Notes under the pieces: model-generated
Database searches by the model: none
What the model saw: the letters and a program-made list of their open reading frames with translations, nothing else
Told to the model about the DNA's origin: nothing
Shown: piece by piece, positions 37,835-46,046 of the stretch
How the letters are laid out: every line of letters begins with the position of its first letter
How positions within the stretch are numbered: position 1 is the stretch's first letter
Made by a program: the position numbers and the translations under genes
Origin: Candidatus Rehaiarchaeum fermentans
GTDB lineage: Archaea; Nanobdellota; Nanobdellia; Parvarchaeales; Parvarchaeaceae
Length of the DNA: 51,085 bases
Reading direction: 5' to 3'
Assembly (NCBI GenBank): GCA_025920435.1
Contig: JAPDLT010000004.1
Span: forward strand, 1-51,085

Positions 37835-38049
37835 TTAGATTTGTTTGCAGGAGCAGAAGTTGTAGTTGCAGCCTTCGTTTCTCTTATTTCCTTACTCTTT
37901 GGTCTAAAAGCAATTCTATGACATTTTCTGCATCTTACTTTTCCTTCCTTTATTAAATTCGGATTGCCTATGCGCATTTTAGACTTGCAATACCTGCAGA
38001 CGTACACATTATCGAAAACTCTTGCATTTACGATGGTTTCAGTATCCAT
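37831..38049 (-). CDS. rpl40e: 50S ribosomal protein L40e
   Basis: VCRYCKSK...CRKC...FRPKSKE. Confidence 0.85.
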   Translation of the reverse strand: MDTETIVNARVFDNVYVCRYCKSKMRIGNPNLIKEGKVRCRKCHRIAFRPKSKEIRETKAATTTSAPANKSK

Positions 38050-38093
38050 TATTTAATTGTAAAATATACTATTTTAATCTTCTATTTATTAGA

Positions 38094-38576
38094 ATGGAGT
38101 TGCCGGATATAGTAAATATAGATAAGAAATACTATGATTTTTTAAGAAAAATAGGAATAGGAGAAATATATATTCTTGAAGGAAACTTTCTAAAAAGAGC
38201 AGATAAAGAGAGCTTTCCTTTTAAAGTAGCTACTTTTGACTTCGAAAAAACAATAAGAAAAAACAGAGCAAATGCAATAGCTTTTTGGGAAAAGTACAAT
38301 TTTAAACTAGATAAAGGATTAGCAGAAAAAATGAAAGAAAACGATATATTTATAATATTTGATCTACGCAATATCAAAAATAATGAATTTCTACCACTTC
38401 TTATTAATAATGCATACATTGCAAACGATTATGGAGTAAATGCAATATTTGCAACTTTTTGTGAGAAAGAGGATGAAATTTTGTCTGCATATCAAATAAT
38501 GAGTATAGCTGAAACCTTAGGTTATAGGTATAATAACTTACGAAGATCTTATAAAAGATTATTAGAAATAAGCTGA
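38094..38576 (+). CDS. RNase P protein Rpp30-like (short, divergent)
   Basis: LDKGLAEKMKENDIFIIFDL and IFATFCEKEDEILS..IMSIAETLG patterns; start moved to ATG 38094. Confidence 0.55.
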   Translation: MELPDIVNIDKKYYDFLRKIGIGEIYILEGNFLKRADKESFPFKVATFDFEKTIRKNRANAIAFWEKYNFKLDKGLAEKMKENDIFIIFDLRNIKNNEFLPLLINNAYIANDYGVNAIFATFCEKEDEILSAYQIMSIAETLGYRYNNLRRSYKRLLEIS

Positions 38577-38603
38577 TAAATAATAATAACAACAATATAA
38601 TTA

Positions 38604-39629
38604 ATGAAACTAGCCAAGTATATATCAAAGGAATTTCTTCAATTAGAAGAAGACACAGAATTAAGTTTAGCGATTAAAAAACTGAGAGAAAACAGGGCCT
38701 TCGATTGTATAGTTACTAAAAATGGTAAATATGCAGGAATGTTTTCGCTTATAAAAATTTTAGATAAAAAATTAGTTAAAGGAATGAAAATAAAAGATCT
38801 AATTATAAAACCTACAACACTCTCAAGTTCTTCTGATGAGCAAGATGCAATAAATGCAATGTTAGATGAAGTATCTTCAATACCACTTTTAGATAGGGAT
38901 GTTGCAGTAGCAGTAGTTCCTTATTCTTCGCTTTTAAGATTATTGTACAGTCAAAAAGTTTTTGATAATATATATGTAGAAAATGTAATTGAAAAGAATA
39001 ATCCTAATCTTTACTTATCTGAAAGTGTAGAAGATGCATTAGAAGTGGCTAAAAAAATAAAACACTTTACATATCCTGTAGTTGATTTGCATGGAAAACT
39101 ATTTTCTGCAGTAAAAATATACGAAATTGTTGATTATGCAATATTAAGACCGACTGGTTTAGCAGTTTCAAATATAACTACTAACGATTTTATTAGTTTT
39201 TCTGAATCTTCTTCGTTAAAAGTAATTGTAGAAAAATTAATAAATAATCTGGATGACGTAATAATTGTAAATTCTGAGCATGCACCTATTGGTACGTTAA
39301 ATATTTTTGAGCTATTTAAGAAAGCAATATCGAATGAATCTCAAGGGGCGATAAAAATAATTTTCTCTGGAGAAAAGGACTATTCATTCTACATGTATTT
39401 CAATAGCGAAATAAAACGCAAAGAGCACTTCTTAATTAAGGTAGGAAAGATAAAAGAAATAAGAGTTAATATTAAAAAACTTCATAACGAAAAGTATGAA
39501 ATAGATTTAAACTTGATAAGAGAAAACAATGAAATATTAAGTATAAAGGGAGAAGGATTTAGAAAAGATAGCGTAATGAACGATATCTTAGAAAAATTAG
39601 AGAATATCATAGTTAAAGAAAAAGAATAA
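38604..39629 (+). CDS. Four-CBS-domain protein with C-terminal HPF/RaiA-like domain
   Basis: CBS repeats (IVTKNGKYAGM, YPVVDLHGKL, IVNSEHAPIGTL); last ~90 aa show a beta-alpha-beta-beta-beta-alpha pattern. Confidence 0.7.
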   Translation: MKLAKYISKEFLQLEEDTELSLAIKKLRENRAFDCIVTKNGKYAGMFSLIKILDKKLVKGMKIKDLIIKPTTLSSSSDEQDAINAMLDEVSSIPLLDRDVAVAVVPYSSLLRLLYSQKVFDNIYVENVIEKNNPNLYLSESVEDALEVAKKIKHFTYPVVDLHGKLFSAVKIYEIVDYAILRPTGLAVSNITTNDFISFSESSSLKVIVEKLINNLDDVIIVNSEHAPIGTLNIFELFKKAISNESQGAIKIIFSGEKDYSFYMYFNSEIKRKEHFLIKVGKIKEIRVNIKKLHNEKYEIDLNLIRENNEILSIKGEGFRKDSVMNDILEKLENIIVKEKE

Positions 39630-39692
39630 ATTAATCGCAATACTATTAATATTAAAAAATAGGTATTTATTAATAAAATAATTAAGAAACTT

Positions 39693-40754
39693 ATGAAAGC
39701 CGAAGAAAGTCCTTCATTGAAACCTGCTAGCAATTTTAATGATTATGCAAAAAATATAGAAAACTTTAACAAGTCATTAAACAGTGCATTTTTAAACGTA
39801 TATAAAAAAATAAACGAAATCGAAAATTCAGTAGATAACATAAAAAAGTTGACAGACAAAATAAATGAAATAGAAAACTCTATAAAAACTCTAAAGACTC
39901 TATCTAGCAAAGATATAGATTCTATAGTTAATGAATTATATTCTCAACTGCAAAATAAAGTAATTAATACTCAAATAAATAAGGAAGAAATAATTAACAT
40001 AATAAAAGCGCAATATGATCAAAGAATTAATCAATATGAACAAAAAATAAATCAAATTTATGATTATGTAAGCAAAGTGGGACAAGCTGTTAATTCCATA
40101 GTTGAAAAAGTAAATCAAAACACTGATTCTATAAACAAATTAAATGATGCTTTGAATTCAAAGAATGCAGAGCTTTCTAAATCTGTATCAGAAATAGAAA
40201 AAGAAGTAAGAGATCTTAATGATGAAGTCAAGAAACAAATTAATAATTTAAATGAAAATCATCAAAAGGAAAATGAAGAAATACAAAATAAACTAAATGA
40301 ATTAGAAGGAAAAACTGCAAAGATGAGCGAAGATTTATATAAAGGCATACCTCAATTAAATGACCTGGCTCAAAGAACAACAACAATTGAACAAAAGTTA
40401 TCTTCCATAGAAGCAACAATAGAGAGATTGACTTCGGTTTTAAATTCAGACACATTAGACATATCTACATTTAAAACACGAATAGACACAATGGCATCTC
40501 AAATGAACGCTCTTAATGATGTAATAAATAAAGCACAACAAGATATATTAGAATTTGTCAAAGATTCTACTTCACTCGTTGGAATATTATCCAGGATCAA
40601 TCCGGATGCAATTCAGACTTCTATAAAAACATTAGAAAATGAGCTTAGTTCAACTCAACAGCAAGTTAATAAATTAGTTGATCTAATAAATACAATGCAA
40701 AAAGAATTAGCAGAGCTTAAAGCAAAATCAATTACAAACTTACCTAAGCAATAG
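39693..40754 (+). CDS. Long coiled-coil protein
   Basis: Continuous heptads, no TM or signal peptide; internal repeat KINEIENS x2. Confidence 0.8.
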   Translation: MKAEESPSLKPASNFNDYAKNIENFNKSLNSAFLNVYKKINEIENSVDNIKKLTDKINEIENSIKTLKTLSSKDIDSIVNELYSQLQNKVINTQINKEEIINIIKAQYDQRINQYEQKINQIYDYVSKVGQAVNSIVEKVNQNTDSINKLNDALNSKNAELSKSVSEIEKEVRDLNDEVKKQINNLNENHQKENEEIQNKLNELEGKTAKMSEDLYKGIPQLNDLAQRTTTIEQKLSSIEATIERLTSVLNSDTLDISTFKTRIDTMASQMNALNDVINKAQQDILEFVKDSTSLVGILSRINPDAIQTSIKTLENELSSTQQQVNKLVDLINTMQKELAELKAKSITNLPKQ

Positions 40755-40757
40755 ATT

Positions 40758-41198
40758 ATGGAAGGAGATAAGCCATTATTTTCGATCGAATTGAATGAAT
40801 TTGAAAAACCAACTGGAGATTATAAAGTAGATCTTAGAAGGCTTGCAATATCTCTAGGATTATTAAGACCGGGAGATAAAAGAACAGCTATAGTAGAAAT
40901 ACTCGATATATTATTGCAAGAAAGGAAAAATAAGCCTGAAGGATTAAATAGTGTAGAAATAACTTCAAAAATATACGAAAGAGGAATAAGCATAGTTTAT
41001 GCAAATATACTCAGAGATCTAAGAAAATTGATAAATTTAGGAATAGTTGAAAACATAAACAAAAGATATAGAATAAAGGAAAACCTCTCCCTCCAAGAAA
41101 TTTTAGATAAATACGTTAAACCATATGTTATTGACAGAATATACTCTAAAATAAAAGAATACGCAACTGCAGTAGAACTGGAGAATCCTAAAAAGTAA
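40758..41198 (+). CDS. Winged-helix DNA-binding protein
   Basis: SLGLLRPGD, GLNSVEI...YANILRDLRKLINLGIVE...YRI. Confidence 0.75.
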   Translation: MEGDKPLFSIELNEFEKPTGDYKVDLRRLAISLGLLRPGDKRTAIVEILDILLQERKNKPEGLNSVEITSKIYERGISIVYANILRDLRKLINLGIVENINKRYRIKENLSLQEILDKYVKPYVIDRIYSKIKEYATAVELENPKK

Positions 41199-42897
41199 TC
41201 CAAGCTCTTTTTACATCTTCATAAAATTTTCGAAGTGTATCTTTAGAAATAAACCTGGCTGTATCAATTATTTCTTGAGGACCATATTTTTTAATTAATT
41301 TTTCATTAATTTTATCCGGATCTAATTTTGATTGCTGACTAGGAACTAAAAAATTACTTAAATCTTCTACTGCGCCATAAATACTCAAAAAATCATTTTT
41401 GAAGGTTTCATAAAAATCATGTTTAAAAGAATTGTAAATATCTAAAAACATAGAAGATTGCTTCTTTTGCTCTTTCTTTTCTTCCTTCTGCTCTTTTTTA
41501 TCAAATTCAGCAATCAAATTTTGCATATCTTTATCAATTGCTTCCAAAGAACTCTTAAGACCGTACTGTTCAAATACTGTTTTTTGAAGCTTTAATGCAA
41601 TTGCTTTATTTAATAAATTCCATTCGGAAGGAAGAAATGCAAAAGAATAAAAGTTAAGCGAAACTCCTCCTTGATATATTTCTGGAAATGATTGAGGAAT
41701 TGTATATGGTCTAGATGAGTAATTTGGAATAGAAGAAAAATTAAATTCTACATCTAACTTTAATGCAGTTATAAATTTAGGACCTATCTTTGCTAATCTT
41801 CTAGCTTCATATGTAGCATCATCTTCATTTGGCAATTTACTAAACGAAGGAACAGGTTTAGGAGAAACCGCTACAATTTTTTCTACCCCTCTTTCACCAA
41901 ATACCTTTCTCTTAATTATTCTAAGTGCTCTATAATAACTTTCTGAAAAACCGAGAAAAGAAAAAGAAAGTTTAAATTTATCAAAAAATGTATCTCCCAC
42001 TCCTTGCATAAAGTCCTTTTCACTACCTACTGTCCTTATCTGCATTCTATTCCTCAAATTTATATATTCTGCTGCTTGAGCTACATACATTTTATAGGAA
42101 GCATATTCCATTTTTAGTTGGTTTACAGTTATCTGAAATCTTGTCCTTAATTCTTGTTCTGCATATTTTTTCCAGATCAAATATTCTTGAAATCTAGGCA
42201 ATACGATTCCCTTTATTTTATTGTTATAATCTAATTTGTCCTTTGCACTTGCATCATTTACACCCGGCTTAGGCAAGAGTCTGTCTATGTCCTTTTCTCC
42301 ATTTGCAGCATAGAAAAGAGAAAGTACCGGCATGTTTGCTCGTTGAGATATTTGCAACAGCGAATCTGGCCCTCTCCTTGCATCAACATTATCGATCCAA
42401 ATTTGCTTTAAAGTACGCTCTGCAGCTTCTGCCTCACTACCTCCCTTCTTTAATTTATCAAAGAGCTCGATTCTTTCTTTTAGAGTTCTAGCTTCATAAA
42501 AAAGACGCTCTATTAATTTAGTCAAATTGTAAATAGTGCTAAGTATATTACTAATTCTATCATCTAAAATAGATCGTCTTGTTAAAAGAGTAACTAAATA
42601 ATTAGAAAAAGCAGAAGGTTCTATGCCTTCATACATTTTCAATTGCTTAAATCTGTATTTTCCATAAATTTTCCCAACAAAGTCTATTAGTTTTGAGGCA
42701 GTATTAAGCGAATCAATATCAAATTTTAAAGATACTTCTGGAGAAGGACTTCCTTTTATCTTTCGTTTTCTGGCTTGTGGATTCTGCCCGATAAACATTA
42801 AATTATTTATCAAATCATCCAATTCTGAAATGGAAAACTTGTTTAAATCGTCAGTAGTAAGCTCCTCTATCTTTTTTTTAGAAGTACCTTTTTCCAT
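41188..42897 (-). CDS. Large alpha-helical hypothetical protein
   Basis: 569-aa ORF with coiled-coil segments and an LKQIWIDNVDARRG block; no enzymatic motif recognised. Confidence 0.8.
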   Translation of the reverse strand: MEKGTSKKKIEELTTDDLNKFSISELDDLINNLMFIGQNPQARKRKIKGSPSPEVSLKFDIDSLNTASKLIDFVGKIYGKYRFKQLKMYEGIEPSAFSNYLVTLLTRRSILDDRISNILSTIYNLTKLIERLFYEARTLKERIELFDKLKKGGSEAEAAERTLKQIWIDNVDARRGPDSLLQISQRANMPVLSLFYAANGEKDIDRLLPKPGVNDASAKDKLDYNNKIKGIVLPRFQEYLIWKKYAEQELRTRFQITVNQLKMEYASYKMYVAQAAEYINLRNRMQIRTVGSEKDFMQGVGDTFFDKFKLSFSFLGFSESYYRALRIIKRKVFGERGVEKIVAVSPKPVPSFSKLPNEDDATYEARRLAKIGPKFITALKLDVEFNFSSIPNYSSRPYTIPQSFPEIYQGGVSLNFYSFAFLPSEWNLLNKAIALKLQKTVFEQYGLKSSLEAIDKDMQNLIAEFDKKEQKEEKKEQKKQSSMFLDIYNSFKHDFYETFKNDFLSIYGAVEDLSNFLVPSQQSKLDPDKINEKLIKKYGPQEIIDTARFISKDTLRKFYEDVKRAWITF

Positions 42898-43036
42898 AAA
42901 TAATTGAGAGAAACAAATTATTAAAATGAAACATTTTACTTTTTAAAGCCTGTATCTAAAATGTTCTTATAAAGTCATTTTAACACTCCTTTCAATTTAT
43001 TTGCAGAATTAAATACTTTGACCGATTAATATAGCA

Positions 43037-44107
43037 ATGGAAGACCCATTAAAAAATTTACTTGATTCAATAAACAAGCTATTTTCTACCACAGAACTTG
43101 TGTCTGCAAAAGTAGAAGAATTGAACAAGAGAATTGATTATTTAGCTTCTTTTATAGGCTTAGAAGAAGGAGAAAATGAGAAAAGCCCAGAACCTCCCGG
43201 TCAACTTGCAGGTTTATCATTAAGTATTTTAGATAAAACTTTACCTCCTCAAAAAGCAAATACGGTAAAAGCCTATATATTAAGAACTTTGGCTGTTTTT
43301 AGGCACTATATCAAATCTATAGTGCTCTTTGGAAGTGCTAAAAGGAAAGAAGATTATGGCCCTAATTCTGATATAGATATTGCATTTATAGTAGATCCAT
43401 CTGATGTAAGCACTATTCCGCCTGATGAATTGAATTCAAGACTTTTTGGAAAACTTAGTGAAATTGCTGCAGCGTATTCGGATAAAATACACCCCCAAGG
43501 ATGGACAATAGTCGATTTATGGAGAGGAATAGTAAAACCAGATCCTGTTATGCTTACATTACTTAGGGATGGAATTGCTATTTATGATACTGGATTCTTC
43601 TATTCATTACAAAAATTATACAAAGAAGGTTTAATTGTTCCTACAATATCTTCCATTGATTCATTAATTTCGCAAGGAGAATTTATGCTAAATTGGGCGC
43701 AGGATACTCTCACTAGAAGACTAGCAAATGATTTATTTTTAGCAGTTACAAGCTCTTCACAGGCAATGTTAATGGAATATGGATATATGCCTCCAGTTCC
43801 AAAAGAAGTTCCAAAGGCTTTATATGAAGTATTTGTTACAAAAGAAAAACTTCTTGACGCTGCTGATGTAAGAGGAGCAGAAGAAGTCATAACATGGTGG
43901 AAAAAGATAGAAAAAGGGGAAATAGCTCAAATAAACGGTAAAGATTACGAAGAAAAATTCAACATAGCAAAATCGTTTGTAGAAAAGGCAATGCAAATAA
44001 TAATAAATCATAGAAAAGCAAAGGGATTACCAAGCCCCGCGATTGTAGACTTTGCTGCCACTGAAAGTGAGAATACAAATATAAATCCTAAAACTAGCTA
44101 TAAATAA
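43037..44107 (+). CDS. Minimal nucleotidyltransferase fused to HEPN-like helical domain
   Basis: SIVLFGS...SDIDIAFIVD, IHPQ, LLRDGIAIYDTGFF; C-terminal DLFLAVTSSSQAMLM..G..PP.PKE. Confidence 0.8.
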   Translation: MEDPLKNLLDSINKLFSTTELVSAKVEELNKRIDYLASFIGLEEGENEKSPEPPGQLAGLSLSILDKTLPPQKANTVKAYILRTLAVFRHYIKSIVLFGSAKRKEDYGPNSDIDIAFIVDPSDVSTIPPDELNSRLFGKLSEIAAAYSDKIHPQGWTIVDLWRGIVKPDPVMLTLLRDGIAIYDTGFFYSLQKLYKEGLIVPTISSIDSLISQGEFMLNWAQDTLTRRLANDLFLAVTSSSQAMLMEYGYMPPVPKEVPKALYEVFVTKEKLLDAADVRGAEEVITWWKKIEKGEIAQINGKDYEEKFNIAKSFVEKAMQIIINHRKAKGLPSPAIVDFAATESENTNINPKTSYK

Positions 44108-44110
44108 ACC

Positions 44111-44368
44111 ATGAAGGCAGTCATAGTATCTTATAGAAGGGGAAGACATACTCAAAAATTAAGACAGGCTATAGTAAAAATAGAAGGAATAAAAAATAGA
44201 GAAGAAGCTAAAAAATTGATTGGAAAGGAGGTAGAAATATCATTTTCAAAAGCAAGTATAAAAGGCAAAATAACAAGAGCTCATGGAAATAATGGTAAAG
44301 TAGTTGTTCTTTTTGAAAGAGGAATGCCCGGTCAAGCTATAGGAAAAGAAATAAAAATAAATGGATGA
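44111..44368 (+). CDS. rpl35ae: 50S ribosomal protein L35Ae
   Basis: SYRRGRHTQ, GKITRAHGNNG, FERGMPGQAIG. Confidence 0.95.
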   Translation: MKAVIVSYRRGRHTQKLRQAIVKIEGIKNREEAKKLIGKEVEISFSKASIKGKITRAHGNNGKVVVLFERGMPGQAIGKEIKING

Positions 44369-46004
44369 TGAAAAGATAAGAAGAATAGTAATTGAAAACG
44401 CGTTAAAATACGGAAAAAGTGATACTAAATTCGTAATTAACAAAATAATAGGAGAAAATAAAGATTTAGTAAAGAATATAAAAGAGTTAGTACAAAAAGT
44501 AAATCAAATAGTAAATGAGGTAAATTCTTTAAGTAGAGATAAATTAGAAGAAGAAGCATCTATACGAGGAATAACATTAAAGAAGGAAGAAAAAGAGTTT
44601 GATCTTAAACCCCTGCCGAATGTAAATGGAGAAGTAATTCTAAGAATTCCTCCAGAACCTTCTGGCTATATGCATTTAGGACATGCAATTTCCTTTATGA
44701 TAAATTACTTGTATAAATTAAAATACAATGGAAAATTAGTTCTAAGATTTGAAGACACAAATCCGGAAAAAGTTAAAAAAGAATACATTGACTACTTCAA
44801 AAAGTACATCAGCTGGTTAGGGATAAATTGGGATGTAGAAAAAATAGCTAGTAATGACATGGAAATAATTTACAGTTATGGTGAAAAATTAATAAAGGAA
44901 GGGAAAGCCTACGTTTGCACTTGTTCTAAAGAACAAATAAAAGAAAACAGATTAAAAGGAATAGCATGTTCATGTAGATCAAGAAGTGTTGAAGAGAATT
45001 TAGAGCTATGGGAACTTGCGAAAACTGGTAGGATAGAAGAAGGAAAAGCAACAGTTAGACTTATAGGAGATATGAAAAGTGAGGATATGTCACTTAGAGA
45101 CCCTAATATATTCAGGATCAAATTCACTAAATATAAAAATTACACTTTATGGCCTTTATATGACTTTGAAAATACGGTAGAAGATTATCTTGATAAAGTA
45201 ACCCACATAATAAGGAGTAATGAGTTTAAAAATTCTGTCCAAAATTTAATTAGAGAATACTTAAACTTTACTAAACCTACGATAATACAGTATGCAAGAT
45301 TTAACTTTGAAGGAACTCCATTTTCAAAGCGAAAAATAAGAGAATTAATTTCGCAAGGAAAGATATCAAGTTGGGAAGATTTAAGGCTTCCTACAATGAG
45401 TTCCATAGAAAGAAGAGGAATATTACCACAAGCAATAAAAGAATTTGTTATAAGAAATGGTTATTCAGAATCTTCTCATACTTATGAGTGGGAAGCTCTT
45501 CTGACACTTAACAGAAAAATATTAGATCCTATTAGCAAAAGATTGTTCTTTGTAATTGATCCAGTAAAAATAAATATAAATTATGATGGAGAAATAGAAA
45601 TACCATATCATCCAACTCAAAACCTCGGAAAGAGAAAAATTAAAGTAAATGGATTTGTATACATTTCTAAAAACGATTTAGAATATGATAAGTTATTAAG
45701 ATTAAAAGACTTTGTATCTGTAAGAATTAACAAGGACAACACTGCAGTTATAGTTAGCAAAGAAAAAATAGGGAATGAAAAAATAATTCAATGGGTTGGG
45801 AATGATTTTTTAAACGCTAAATTAGTAAAGATAAATGAACTTTTGAAGGGAGAAGATATAAACCCAGAAAGCTTAAAGGAATACGATGGTTTTTTAGAAT
45901 CTAATGGCTCTCTATTAAGTGAGGGAGAAATCGTTCAGTTCGAAAGAATAGGGTTTGCCAGATTAGATAACAAAGAAAAGAACGTTTTTATATATAGTTG
46001 TTAA
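44361..46004 (+). CDS. gltX: Glutamyl-tRNA synthetase
   Basis: PPEPSGYMHLGH, LRFEDTNP, WPLYDF, THIIRSNE, FSKRK, QFERIGF. Confidence 0.95.
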   Translation: MDDEKIRRIVIENALKYGKSDTKFVINKIIGENKDLVKNIKELVQKVNQIVNEVNSLSRDKLEEEASIRGITLKKEEKEFDLKPLPNVNGEVILRIPPEPSGYMHLGHAISFMINYLYKLKYNGKLVLRFEDTNPEKVKKEYIDYFKKYISWLGINWDVEKIASNDMEIIYSYGEKLIKEGKAYVCTCSKEQIKENRLKGIACSCRSRSVEENLELWELAKTGRIEEGKATVRLIGDMKSEDMSLRDPNIFRIKFTKYKNYTLWPLYDFENTVEDYLDKVTHIIRSNEFKNSVQNLIREYLNFTKPTIIQYARFNFEGTPFSKRKIRELISQGKISSWEDLRLPTMSSIERRGILPQAIKEFVIRNGYSESSHTYEWEALLTLNRKILDPISKRLFFVIDPVKININYDGEIEIPYHPTQNLGKRKIKVNGFVYISKNDLEYDKLLRLKDFVSVRINKDNTAVIVSKEKIGNEKIIQWVGNDFLNAKLVKINELLKGEDINPESLKEYDGFLESNGSLLSEGEIVQFERIGFARLDNKEKNVFIYSC

Positions 46005-46046
46005 AACAAATTAAAAATTAAAAGAAAATTCTTTATTTAAATTAAC

